Positions 50,553 to 59,156 are shown, counted from the stretch's first letter. The stretch: DNA of 59,156 nt from a virus (IMGVR_UViG_3300042559_001610:1-59156); one strand, 5' to 3'. Made by a program: numbers and translations. The notes: generated from the sequence alone by a model not told the origin.

Positions 50553-50614
50553 ATAAATTAAAGAACTGTTTATCTAATATACGACTATAGATACGGACCT
50601 GTAGAAAATTTCAT

Positions 50615-50647
50615 AAAAAAACCTGAACTTTTTAAAGGTTCAGGCTT
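50615..50647 (-). terminator. Attenuator terminator of tmRNA/tRNA operon 2
   Basis: AAGCCTGAAC-CTTTAAAAA-GTTCAGGTTT-TTTT. Confidence 0.85.
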
Positions 50648-50673
50648 AGTAGAGGATCTTCTATATTTCTATA

Positions 50674-50769
50674 TCACGATATTCGAACTAAGCCTGCAGC
50701 ATCCGGGTTGCCGTCTCCTGTAGTAGAGGCTCCCATCTGATTTATATTTGCTTGACTTATCGAAATCAT
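50674..50769 (-). CDS. Leader peptide (31 aa) of tmRNA/tRNA operon 2
   Basis: MISISQANINQMGASTTGDGNPDAAGLVRIS*; GATATATA at 50792-50799; perfect 10-bp antiterminator 50687-50696/50641-50650. Confidence 0.85.
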   Translation of the reverse strand: MISISQANINQMGASTTGDGNPDAAGLVRIS

Positions 50770-50911
50770 TTTTTAGTTTTTTATTGTTTGTTATATATCA
50801 ATTTGTTTTTAAAGTTTCACATTTTTTTCCACTATAATTGAAAAAAATTGAATTATTTTCCATTTTTTTCCACTAAGGCCACATTTTTTGGAAAAATTTT
50901 CCACTATAGGC

Positions 50912-51523
50912 TTAAGCGAAGAAGGTTTTACCCTCTATATTTGAGATGTCTTGGAGTTTTCCGTCCATTTCAACCGAAAGAATTTTTAGTGGAACCCCTT
51001 TAATGAGGGTTATTTCTTTCTCGTCATCCCCAGTAAAAGGTTCGACGTTGGTGATTAGAGTCTTTTCCCAGTCAACTCCATTCTCAGGAACTTCTGCTTC
51101 TATCAAGACTTTAGATGGCTTGCTGTAGTCACCCCAGTGTGTGTCTGCTGAGTCAGAATCCCAAGTCCAATAGATACCAAGGTGTTTCCCTTCGCGTTCT
51201 AAATGATCAAGCCACGAGCTTGTAACGGTCATTGCTCTCCATATAGTCGCCTTTCCGTTTCGAATAACATCATTTTTATATACGCTAATCAGTTCTTCCA
51301 TCTTATATCTTAGATCATATTCTAACCAATTCAAGAAATCCTCTTGATCTATATCTTCGTCATCAACATCGGTTAGCTGCTCCTCGTCTTTGTAAAGGGT
51401 CATAGCCCATTCGTCTTTAGCTGCCATGTCTTCGACAAAATCTCGGGTAAGAATTGAATCCAGATTTACCGAGGATAAGAGAGACTCGGTGATGAAATTT
51501 TCAAAGAGTGTTAGGTGTTTCAT
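50912..51523 (-). CDS. Hypothetical protein with MKHLTLFENF N-terminus (possible ADP-ribosyltransferase-like fold)
   Basis: IWRAM..GIYWTW..EKEITL; the fold call is tentative. Confidence 0.55.
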   Translation of the reverse strand: MKHLTLFENFITESLLSSVNLDSILTRDFVEDMAAKDEWAMTLYKDEEQLTDVDDEDIDQEDFLNWLEYDLRYKMEELISVYKNDVIRNGKATIWRAMTVTSSWLDHLEREGKHLGIYWTWDSDSADTHWGDYSKPSKVLIEAEVPENGVDWEKTLITNVEPFTGDDEKEITLIKGVPLKILSVEMDGKLQDISNIEGKTFFA

Positions 51524-52443
51524 TATAGACCGATGTCATTTAAGTCTGCTAGAAGATCCGATTCCTCCGAATAGCCTTCTGGAAACTCTAGACCTGAGTA
51601 TCCTGGAAGTTTCTTCAGTTCTTTCCAGATTGATTTTAGTTCAACCGCCATTTTTGCTGGGTTAGCATGGATCATTTCTTGTACCTCCTCAGGAGAATTT
51701 GCCATGAAATCGCATAATCCCTGCTCTTCGTATTTTCCGTTTAGCATAAGATCTAATTTTCCTACTGGATTCCATTTCCCTTCTAATGAGACCCTAAACA
51801 TTCTTCCACCTATTACTACATCCCATATTTTAAATTGGCCTTTAACCTCGGTAGGTAAAAAGTCTTTTGCTTCGGATTTAGTTAAAGATAAATCCCTCGA
51901 AAAATCTCCTTTCCGATTATAACCTTCTCTTCCATACAAAGAAAATCCCCCGACTTCTCCAAACTTTATCCCTTCTTCCATTACATTAAGTGCCCCTTGC
52001 TTTGTTAATGTAATGTTCTTAGGAGAATCAATTCTACCGGTGGAGGGATTCAATTTAAAATCTGATGCATATCTTCTGAGAATACCATATGCTTTTTCAC
52101 TTAAACCTGTTTTTGAGGATTGACTTTCATATTTAGAATATCTGTCAATCAAATAATCTAGCATTCCTTTTAAATCTAAACCATTTTTTAGAAATCCGGA
52201 TCTTACCCCTCTATCTCTAACATATCCAGAACCAGGCTGAAGAACTATCCCTTCCGGGTAGTAATCAAATCTTCTGTTCTTTAGAATGATGTTTCCATTT
52301 TTAGCAACGATTGGGGTTGTGGAATCATAAAATCCTAGCTCTTCCAGTCTTTTCCATTCTGCAGGAAAATCTGAAGCTATGCTTGCAACGCTAGCCTCGT
52401 TTAGCTTTAAATAGGATTCAAAATTGTGGATTCTTGACTTCAT
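51523..52443 (-). CDS. Hypothetical protein; C-terminal YSEESDLLADLNDIGL resembles the MKHIK-family motif
   Basis: ORF track plus motif comparison. Confidence 0.65.
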   Translation of the reverse strand: MKSRIHNFESYLKLNEASVASIASDFPAEWKRLEELGFYDSTTPIVAKNGNIILKNRRFDYYPEGIVLQPGSGYVRDRGVRSGFLKNGLDLKGMLDYLIDRYSKYESQSSKTGLSEKAYGILRRYASDFKLNPSTGRIDSPKNITLTKQGALNVMEEGIKFGEVGGFSLYGREGYNRKGDFSRDLSLTKSEAKDFLPTEVKGQFKIWDVVIGGRMFRVSLEGKWNPVGKLDLMLNGKYEEQGLCDFMANSPEEVQEMIHANPAKMAVELKSIWKELKKLPGYSGLEFPEGYSEESDLLADLNDIGL

Positions 52444-52457
52444 CTTCTATATATCAC

Positions 52458-52482
52458 AAAAAACCCCGATTGAATCGGGGTT
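52458..52482 (-). terminator. Intrinsic terminator after Y-like RNAs 6 and 7
   Basis: AACCCCGAT TCA ATCGGGGTT TTTT. Confidence 0.8.
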
Positions 52483-52492
52483 AGAAGTTTGA

Positions 52493-52663
52493 CAGGATCG
52501 TGTTCGTTTATTTCTCCCCGGCGGGATATCTCTCTTTTGACGTCTGAGAATTTGACGGTAACCTTTTTTGAAACTGGAGATTTTACCAGGGTGCTCGATA
52601 AGGACGAATCCTTAATTAAGCTTGCATTGATTAATTGTAGTTAATTTTTGCTGTATCGATCCT
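52493..52663 (-). ncRNA. Y-RNA-like RNA 6
   Basis: AGGATCG-AT-ACAGCAA ... CGATCCT-G with internal hairpins. Confidence 0.7.
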
Positions 52664-52669
52664 TTTACT

Positions 52670-52727
52670 GGTTCCTGTGGGTTTTTCTTAATTTAATTTT
52701 AGGTTTTTAAGTTTGCTGTAAGGAACC
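52670..52727 (-). ncRNA. Y-RNA-like RNA 7
   Basis: GGTTCCT-T-ACAGCAA ... AGGAACC. Confidence 0.65.
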
Positions 52728-52897
52728 TGGGATGTTTTACCATCCAAGATGTTTTACCATCTGTATCTTATATATCAGAACGCTGATTTTGTTTCAATCA
52801 AAAAGAAGGAATTTTTTAAGGATTCCTCCTTTCTTTGGGACTTGATCCGGAGATCAACACCACCACTCTGTTTTAGGAACAGAGAAACCATTATCTC

Positions 52898-53384
52898 TTA
52901 ATTGAAAGACTTTGCTCTCTCAATTGCATCTTCGAGGGAAATCCACTTGATGTATTCGGGATTGGTATCCGCTTCTACTCCAAAGAGCATCTTTCCCTCA
53001 TCTGACTTTGCCACTGCCAGTGTCCCCAGACCTTCACAAATTTGACCCATTGCTTCGTTAGGTTTCAAGTCATTGAATAACTCCGCATAGTCGAAATCGC
53101 TGTGATCAAAACCAAATGCATCCTGATATTGTTTACTAAATTCTGCCATCTTAAAATTCCTTTATCTTTTCAAATTCTTCCTTGCTGATAAAAACTTCTC
53201 CCGAGCAATAGGAACCACCCGTTAGGATGGCCCATGCTTTGGAGATTCTTCTACCCAAGGTGTCCCCTGAATAGCTTTTATAAACAGTTACTATAGTTTC
53301 CTCCAACTCGTCGTTAAACTTGTCGAAAGCTATAATAGAGCATCCATCGGAGCATCTAACCAGTAATTCTTTTCTTTCTTCCAT
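52898..53384 (-). CDS. Two hypothetical proteins (52898-53149; 53151-53384)
   Basis: ORF track. Confidence 0.6.
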
Positions 53385-54826
53385 TATGCTTTGATAGCTT
53401 CGTATCTAGGTGAAAGAATAGTTTCGTCCATTATTGCAGATGGGCTTGTTATTTCCCCTCTAACAACAGACTTTAGAATCGATGGGCTAAATCCGGAGAT
53501 TAAAGCTGTTCCAGTCTTGTCGAAAGCTACTGGAACGTTGTCCCCTCTGGATTGGATGTTCCAGTAAACTATCTGAGGCATTTTATAACCTGCAGAAGAG
53601 TACTTTTGCTCGATCATTTGTTGAGCAGTTGGATTCCAAGAACTTCCTTCAGATCTTCCGTAGTAACCCCCTCTAGATCCGTTTGCTGCATCGAATTCCA
53701 TATCTGATAGGATCAAAACCTTAGTTGGCATTTCAGACTCAGGAACTGAGTTCTTCTTTGCTTGGTCTAGGATTAGATCAAACACCCTTTCGACGTTGGT
53801 GTTCATTCCCCATTCAGCTCTTGCAAGTTGAGCAAATCTGTCTCTCAAGTTACCTTTTAGGTATTGAAGAGTTGGGTTAGCAGAGAAGGTAACGAATGCA
53901 TCCTTGAATGCACCTTCGTTTCTTTCAGAGATGTAAAGACCTAGTGATAGGGAAACATCCATACAAGTAACGTTTTTGTTTCCTCCTGCTGGGCAACCCA
54001 TAGATCCAGAAACGTCTACCACTGGTAGGATTCTTTCTGTAGAACCTTCCATGTAGTTTGGAAGAGCTTTCCATTGCTCGATTGCTACATCTGCGTTTCC
54101 TCTTTGTAGTGACTTAGTCACGTCGTAAGGGTAAACTGCAGAAGCATTAATCTTAGCTTCTCCTTTTTGAAGAGATGCAATGTAGGCTTTGTATCCCGCC
54201 TCGTTTCTTTTCCAGAAAGCCTTTTGGTATCTAGCAGAAGCAACTGATGGCAATTTACCAAAGTCGATGCTCTCCCACTCGTTTGAACACATTTGGGTTT
54301 CTACCACCTTAGTTAATTCAACTAAAGTCTTTCTATATTGTTTTGGTGACATTTCTAAGAACTGTCTTAATCTGTTAGCAACTGGACCTTTTCTAGGCAT
54401 CCATTTTGCTGCAAGACCATTCTTGTTCTCTAAAGCCCAACGAATTTGAGTTAAAGCTTCTGTCTCTAACTTAGTTCCAACCAGAGTTAAAAGATCGTCC
54501 CATCTTCCATATTCGGAAACATAAGGAATGTTTTCCTTTAGGAATTGAGGGTGGTTTTCTGCAAGGTAAACCATGATGTCCTTGAAGATCTGACGTTCTC
54601 CAGCTCCACCTCTAATGTCTCTTACCCAAAAGAGAATTTTCATTGCTCTATTTGGATCATTTAACAAAGCAAGCGAGAACTTAGAGATCAAACGCTCTTT
54701 GTTTTGACCTCTCATAGCTCCGATTGTGAAGAATAAATCCACACAAGCGTTTAGAGAAGATGAGTTAGTTGTCATCCCGTTTTCTGTAACGGTGTTGTTT
54801 TGTCTTAATGCGTCTACAAGTTTCAT
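53384..54826 (-). CDS. DUF2828-type TROVE/Ro60-like protein with vWA domain
   Basis: TENG, RDIRGGAGER, YGRWDDL, AKWMPR, VDVSGSM (MIDAS), LSDMEFD, IVYWN, SGFSP. Confidence 0.85.
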   Translation of the reverse strand: MKLVDALRQNNTVTENGMTTNSSSLNACVDLFFTIGAMRGQNKERLISKFSLALLNDPNRAMKILFWVRDIRGGAGERQIFKDIMVYLAENHPQFLKENIPYVSEYGRWDDLLTLVGTKLETEALTQIRWALENKNGLAAKWMPRKGPVANRLRQFLEMSPKQYRKTLVELTKVVETQMCSNEWESIDFGKLPSVASARYQKAFWKRNEAGYKAYIASLQKGEAKINASAVYPYDVTKSLQRGNADVAIEQWKALPNYMEGSTERILPVVDVSGSMGCPAGGNKNVTCMDVSLSLGLYISERNEGAFKDAFVTFSANPTLQYLKGNLRDRFAQLARAEWGMNTNVERVFDLILDQAKKNSVPESEMPTKVLILSDMEFDAANGSRGGYYGRSEGSSWNPTAQQMIEQKYSSAGYKMPQIVYWNIQSRGDNVPVAFDKTGTALISGFSPSILKSVVRGEITSPSAIMDETILSPRYEAIKA

Positions 54827-55275
54827 AAATTTTTCCTTTTAATTGTCTCTATTTTATATTGGTTATACAGTTTTGTTTCGTCTCCGTCACATTTTTCTAC
54901 GATTTCTTCCCAGATATCAAGATCAAATGTTTTTATTAGTCCTTCTTTTAGAAGAGATAATCGATTTGTTTCATATCGAAGATGCTCTTCTTTTAATTTT
55001 TCAATTCTTTTATGGTAAACCTTCCATCGGTTGTTTGCAAAGTCCCTAACTGAAGCCTCGGAAATTCTAGGATTCTTGACTTTGTATTCCTTGATTTCTT
55101 TTTCCCAGTAGACCAGCTCTTTGTCTGCCATTTTCCAGTAAGGGCTCTCTTTGAAGTCCCCGTTTAGAATTTGATACCAAACTAGAGGTTCTAATGCCCC
55201 CTTGGGTTTCTTCTTCAAAGGGGGATTTACGCTTACCCCTCTTTTCCACCACGTATACGGATTAAATTTTGCCAT
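54823..55275 (-). CDS. Hypothetical protein
   Basis: ORF track. Confidence 0.65.
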   Translation of the reverse strand: MAKFNPYTWWKRGVSVNPPLKKKPKGALEPLVWYQILNGDFKESPYWKMADKELVYWEKEIKEYKVKNPRISEASVRDFANNRWKVYHKRIEKLKEEHLRYETNRLSLLKEGLIKTFDLDIWEEIVEKCDGDETKLYNQYKIETIKRKNL

Positions 55276-55401
55276 TTGCTTTATCTCTGGAGATTGCTTC
55301 CATTAATGAAATATACGATTGCCTTACCGGTCCAGGTGAGAAACTTAGTGAAAAAATTCCAAAAAGTTTCTGCTGTTTTATTTTCTTTACTATTCTACTT
55401 C

Positions 55402-56094
55402 TCATAAGAATTCTATCTCGTTAGTTTCCGGATCCCATTCTATCGTTAAAGGGGGATTGGTAAAATTATACCCCTCGTTTAGAACACAAGCATTGATGTA
55501 GTGGGTATTCCCATCAAACTTATATCCATAACTTCCGTGAATATGACCGAAGACGTGGATCTTTGGTTTTATCTTCTCTATTCTTTTCAGAAGAAGCTCA
55601 CACCCAAGATCCCGGGTTCCATATCCAGAAACGTCCAAGTGTCCCCACGGTGGTCCGTGGGTAACAAGGATGTCTGTATTGTCAGGAATCCAAGACCACT
55701 TCTCTTCTAAGTCTGGACCGTTTCTAGGAAGATTGAAACCCCAGTTATAAAACTCAGGTTGCCAAGGACTTCCCCAGATGTTCACAGTCTTGTCAGTGTC
55801 CATGTCATAGATTCCAAAACTACTATCCTGAAGGTAAATCAGATCGTTGTAGAAATCTAGAATCTCTTTGGTCATTTCCGGGTAGTCTTCAAATCCCATA
55901 TCGTGGTTACCAGCAATAAAAACTTTGAAGTTATAACCCTTTAATTCTTTATACCACTTGCAGAACTGTTGAATCTCATGCTTATATCCCATCGAAGTCA
56001 AATCTCCAGCATGGAGAATTAAATCCCCTCCAGGAAGAGAAGATGTGATCTGATTATGTTTGAGGTGAGTGTCGGAAATAAACGTGATTTTCAT
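55402..56094 (-). CDS. Metallophosphoesterase (calcineurin-like)
   Basis: ISDTH, HAGD, AGNHD, THGPP, FGHIH. Confidence 0.92.
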   Translation of the reverse strand: MKITFISDTHLKHNQITSSLPGGDLILHAGDLTSMGYKHEIQQFCKWYKELKGYNFKVFIAGNHDMGFEDYPEMTKEILDFYNDLIYLQDSSFGIYDMDTDKTVNIWGSPWQPEFYNWGFNLPRNGPDLEEKWSWIPDNTDILVTHGPPWGHLDVSGYGTRDLGCELLLKRIEKIKPKIHVFGHIHGSYGYKFDGNTHYINACVLNEGYNFTNPPLTIEWDPETNEIEFL

Positions 56095-56102
56095 TCTAAC
56101 AC

Positions 56103-57203
56103 TTATACTTCCTCCTCAGATTTAGTTTCAAACGGTCTTGAATATACAGGTTTTATCATTTGCCAGATTTTAGAATTTGGATCTCTCCCATCTGCAATCA
56201 GAAATAAAATTCCAGTGCTAATTCTCGAGTCTTTCACCGACAAAAATGCTTCAGCAATTTGCTTTCTGCTCATCTCTTCTGACTTTAAGATGGAATTTAC
56301 TTGAGCAACGTGAAGGGACTTTATAAAGGAAAATTTACTTCTAAGATCAATTTCAACTTTTCTTATCCAATCGTAAAATTCGTCTGGAACGTTATTCAAG
56401 AAAGTTTCTGGTAATTCCCCATTAGTTTTTAAAAAATCCCAAACATCATAAGTTGAAACCTGAGTTACAATTCTGTGGAGTCTCACATATTCTTCAAACT
56501 TAATTTTACATCTTAACCCAGAAGGAAAAAATCTAAGAACAAATCCCTCCTTATTTGATTCATTTCTGTCTTTTAATTTTAGAAATAAGTCTTCCTTATC
56601 TCTTTCCATTAAAGTTGGAACTATGTCCTCTTCTAAAATTCCGTTTGATTTGAACACAGATTTTGCAGTCCCCCAATTCAATTCTCCGGCTGGGGTAGAA
56701 GCAGTTATAAAAACAAAGGTCTCCAAATCCCCATAATCTACAACTATTCTATTTTCTTTAAAAATGATTTCTCCAATATAAGCAACCTCTGACATGAATT
56801 TATCTAAATTGTATTTAGATTTTATAATTTCAAACCCTCTGACGGCTTGATCTGAAGTAAAAGACCCTCTAGATGAGAATACCCATTTCCCTTTGTAGTT
56901 AAATAATATCCCCAGAGAACCGTCCATTTTTTCTTGAACGTAGATGTACTCTGAAGAATTGATTAGGTTCTCATTTTCGTCTATCCTTTCCTCGTAGTTG
57001 AAGAATTTAGGAATTGGTCTAACTAGGATTTCTCCAGTTGACGAGTCAACTATTAGACCCCGGCAAGCCAAAGTCACGTCGTCCCATTGACCATCGTATT
57101 GAGTCTTCTGAGTGTAGTTATAAATAGTCAGCGGAAGAGTTGGATGCACTTGAGACATCAACCAACCTTCAGCCACATAAGCGTCTAAAATTTCTTTGTT
57201 CAT
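56103..57203 (-). CDS. T4 Rnl1-family RNA ligase
   Basis: CRGLI, KFFNY, EKMDGS, EGFV, KIKFEEY. Confidence 0.9.
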   Translation of the reverse strand: MNKEILDAYVAEGWLMSQVHPTLPLTIYNYTQKTQYDGQWDDVTLACRGLIVDSSTGEILVRPIPKFFNYEERIDENENLINSSEYIYVQEKMDGSLGILFNYKGKWVFSSRGSFTSDQAVRGFEIIKSKYNLDKFMSEVAYIGEIIFKENRIVVDYGDLETFVFITASTPAGELNWGTAKSVFKSNGILEEDIVPTLMERDKEDLFLKLKDRNESNKEGFVLRFFPSGLRCKIKFEEYVRLHRIVTQVSTYDVWDFLKTNGELPETFLNNVPDEFYDWIRKVEIDLRSKFSFIKSLHVAQVNSILKSEEMSRKQIAEAFLSVKDSRISTGILFLIADGRDPNSKIWQMIKPVYSRPFETKSEEEV

Positions 57204-57348
57204 TATGATTTCTTTTTTCGAGAATAGATTTTACCAGAAGGTTTAACCTTGGTAATCATGTTTCTTCTGATTTGCTGAGCAAATGATCTGGTTTCTTTAT
57301 CTTGTCGTGAGTTTTGTGAGTCTTTCATATTAGAATATACGGTCAGAT

Positions 57349-58152
57349 CTAAATTGGAAGTTTAACTCTCGAAAGCATTTGATTCGAAACGTGGGTGTAA
57401 ATTTCAGTAGTCTTAGAAGATGAATGTCCTGCGATCTTTTGAATTATTCTAAGATCTGTTCCAGATTCAAGAAGGTTGGTAAAAGAGGAATGTCTAAGAG
57501 TATGGATGGATGATTTGTCATCTATATATTTCTTATAGATTTTTTGACAGCTTCCTATTGAATACTTCAGAGAATTTTGTCCATTAAAAAGATACACTTT
57601 AGGTTTAAAATTTCTCCAGTATTCTCTAAGAAGTTCCAAGACTATCTGAGAAAGTGGAACAATCCTATCTTTTCTACCTTTGGCATTTTTAATGTGAATT
57701 ATCATCCTTTTTGAATCGATATCCTCTATTTTAAGATTGATAATTTCGGACACGCGGAGTCCTACTGAGTAAGTTAATGTTAAAATTGTCTTGTGTTTTG
57801 GATTTTCAATTAAATTTAATTTAGATAAAATAAATTCCGAATCAATTACTTTAGGTAGTTTCTTTTCTGACCTTGGTCTTTTGAAAGAAACTTTATCGTA
57901 CTTTTTATTTAAAATCTCCTTATATAAAAATCGGATAGCATTAATTACTTGGTTCTGCTGCGAGATAGAGGTGAATTTATAGTTATCTAAGTAAGATTGA
58001 AAATCAGAAGAATTGCAATGTATAATCTGTTTATTATTTAAACTTTCTAAAAAAGGTTTGATATGAGATAAATAATTATCTCTTGTTCTAGGAGAATAGT
58101 TTAAGTATATAAATTTTTCTTCACAAATCTTTATAATTTTTTGATTTTTCAT
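57349..58152 (-). CDS. Tyrosine recombinase (integron-integrase-like, no obvious IntI insertion)
   Basis: YS.RT..NY N-terminal domain, GLRVSE, KGRKDR, HTLRHS, AGH....TEIYTHV. Confidence 0.92.
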   Translation of the reverse strand: MKNQKIIKICEEKFIYLNYSPRTRDNYLSHIKPFLESLNNKQIIHCNSSDFQSYLDNYKFTSISQQNQVINAIRFLYKEILNKKYDKVSFKRPRSEKKLPKVIDSEFILSKLNLIENPKHKTILTLTYSVGLRVSEIINLKIEDIDSKRMIIHIKNAKGRKDRIVPLSQIVLELLREYWRNFKPKVYLFNGQNSLKYSIGSCQKIYKKYIDDKSSIHTLRHSSFTNLLESGTDLRIIQKIAGHSSSKTTEIYTHVSNQMLSRVKLPI

Positions 58153-58226
58153 GCTGTAATCTGTTGATGATTAATGATTTATACTTTATTACATATATAA
58201 TATAGTTATAAGTAATAAAACAAAAA

Positions 58227-58409
58227 TTACGAGTATAATATTTTGCCACTCTGTTTCAACATGGGTAAAACACAAAACCTAAATTCGTGTTTATCAAATT
58301 CATCTTTTAGTTCTTTTTTAATAATCAAGTAATCAATTGATGTACCAATCAAAGGTTTTGTGTTTTCTAATGAATTAATCTCCAACACTTTTTTATTTTC
58401 TATTTTCAT
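58227..58409 (-). CDS. Cassette 1 hypothetical protein (start MKIENKK)
   Basis: Lies between the attI-like core and attC1. Confidence 0.55.
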   Translation of the reverse strand: MKIENKKVLEINSLENTKPLIGTSIDYLIIKKELKDEFDKHEFRFCVLPMLKQSGKILYS

Positions 58410-58492
58410 ATTGTATAATTTTTGTTTTACATACTTATAACAACAAATAAAACACATTAAAACGATGTTTTATTTGCAATCGTTAGTATCAA

Positions 58493-58786
58493 TTATTTTT
58501 TGCTACGTTCTGCACAAAATTTACAATTCCCCTTGTGAGTTAAAACATCGCTATTAAATGCGTTTATATGTCCAATGTATTCGCAACTATCAATAACGTA
58601 TAATCTCACATTTCTTATACCATTTCCATCAACAGATTCAATTTTATCAATAATTGGATAAATTTTGTCAATAGGTGTTAGCTCTTGTTTTGGTGTTTCG
58701 TTTCCACAACCGAAAAAAATAACAGCTACTAACAGCACATAAGCAAAAGCAAAGGTGTGATGGTAAATTGATGTTTTCGTTTTCAT
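58493..58786 (-). CDS. Cassette 2 lipoprotein
   Basis: FFGC lipobox, IDSCEYI..LTHKGNCKFC; starts inside attC2. Confidence 0.7.
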   Translation of the reverse strand: MKTKTSIYHHTFAFAYVLLVAVIFFGCGNETPKQELTPIDKIYPIIDKIESVDGNGIRNVRLYVIDSCEYIGHINAFNSDVLTHKGNCKFCAERSKK

Positions 58787-58862
58787 ATTATATTCTGTTT
58801 TTAAATTAAATTTTTCGTTTCTAAATCTTTGCCTTCGCTTATCTGCAAACCGTTAGTTGTAA

Positions 58863-59030
58863 TTATAATATATTTCTATCTTTAGCCCATTTTCTATCTA
58901 TTTCACGTTGTTTTAGTGCATCATCACCTAATTTATCAATATAACTACAACTAACATCAGATATATTCAATTGTTTTTCATATTCTTGAACTATCTGCTT
59001 TGCTTTTAAGTATTCTTCTTCTGTTATCAT
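58863..59030 (-). CDS. Cassette 3 protein (55 aa, below the track cutoff)
   Basis: MITEEEYLKAKQIVQEYEKQLNISDVSCS...; starts inside attC3. Confidence 0.6.
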   Translation of the reverse strand: MITEEEYLKAKQIVQEYEKQLNISDVSCSYIDKLGDDALKQREIDRKWAKDRNIL

Positions 59031-59156
59031 TTGTATTTTAATTTAAGTAAACAACTGAATATATCTGCAACAGTTAGGTTCAATATTCAATTTTTTCCTT
59101 TCTCATACTTAAATATACGGTCTCTTCTTCAGATCTCCAAACTTTTTTTAAGAAAA

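Larger units (their letters stand above)
5133..52776 (-). promoter_or_regulatory. Dispersed promoter-like motif GATATATA (possibly late class)
   Basis: + strand tatatatc at 5133, 19080, 20722, 23341, 27983, 41067, 41425, 45525, 48544, 50792, 52448, 52769, upstream of starts. Confidence 0.7.
58190..59079. mobile_element. Integron-like cassette array: attI-like core plus three attC-like sites
   Basis: GTTATAA at 58205; palindromic AAC...GTT sites at 58435-58488, 58727-58858 and 58949-59079. Confidence 0.75.
7568..59121 (-). promoter_or_regulatory. Dispersed promoter-like motif ACCGTATATT (at least 14 intergenic copies)
   Basis: + strand a(a/g)tatacggt near 7568, 16659, 30372, 31081, 33091, 37126, 37860, 38558, 39423, 41446, 41538, 50031, 57334, 59111; nearly always just upstream of a minus-strand gene or RNA. 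Confidence 0.75.

Noticed and set aside
57349-58152. Prophage integrase indicating lysogeny
   Set aside because: Small size and the adjacent attC-like cassettes fit a cassette recombinase better; no host-phage junction is visible.

Overview
AT-rich, almost entirely minus-strand segment of a large (jumbo/T4-like) tailed phage, most likely infecting Bacteroidota. Host clues are a DUF6089-like beta-barrel, no obvious Shine-Dalgarno sites and a tmRNA tag starting GE. From left to right it holds: Gly-Ser/Thr collagen-like fibre genes, GH16, PNK, thyA with an adjacent paralog array built from ThyA insertion segments, many small hypotheticals, lysis/cell-wall enzymes, glnII, a second TS-fold (probable dCMP-modifying) enzyme, an aminotransferase, two large tRNA operons plus tmRNA and many tRNA-like RNAs, a tandem family of putative capsid-targeted proteins, a DUF2828 (TROVE/Ro60-like) plus phosphoesterase plus Rnl1 RNA-repair module, and a tyrosine recombinase with three attC-like cassettes. 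Top finding: each tRNA operon is preceded by an unannotated leader peptide whose codons enumerate the amino-acid specificities of the downstream tRNAs, coupled to mutually exclusive antiterminator/terminator hairpins. This looks like ribosome-mediated attenuation that turns on phage tRNA supply when those tRNAs are depleted. Second finding: seven Y-RNA-like ncRNAs with a shared stem-ACAGCAA scaffold carrying circularly permuted tRNAs or bare anticodon loops. All calls are by eye; no database search was run.
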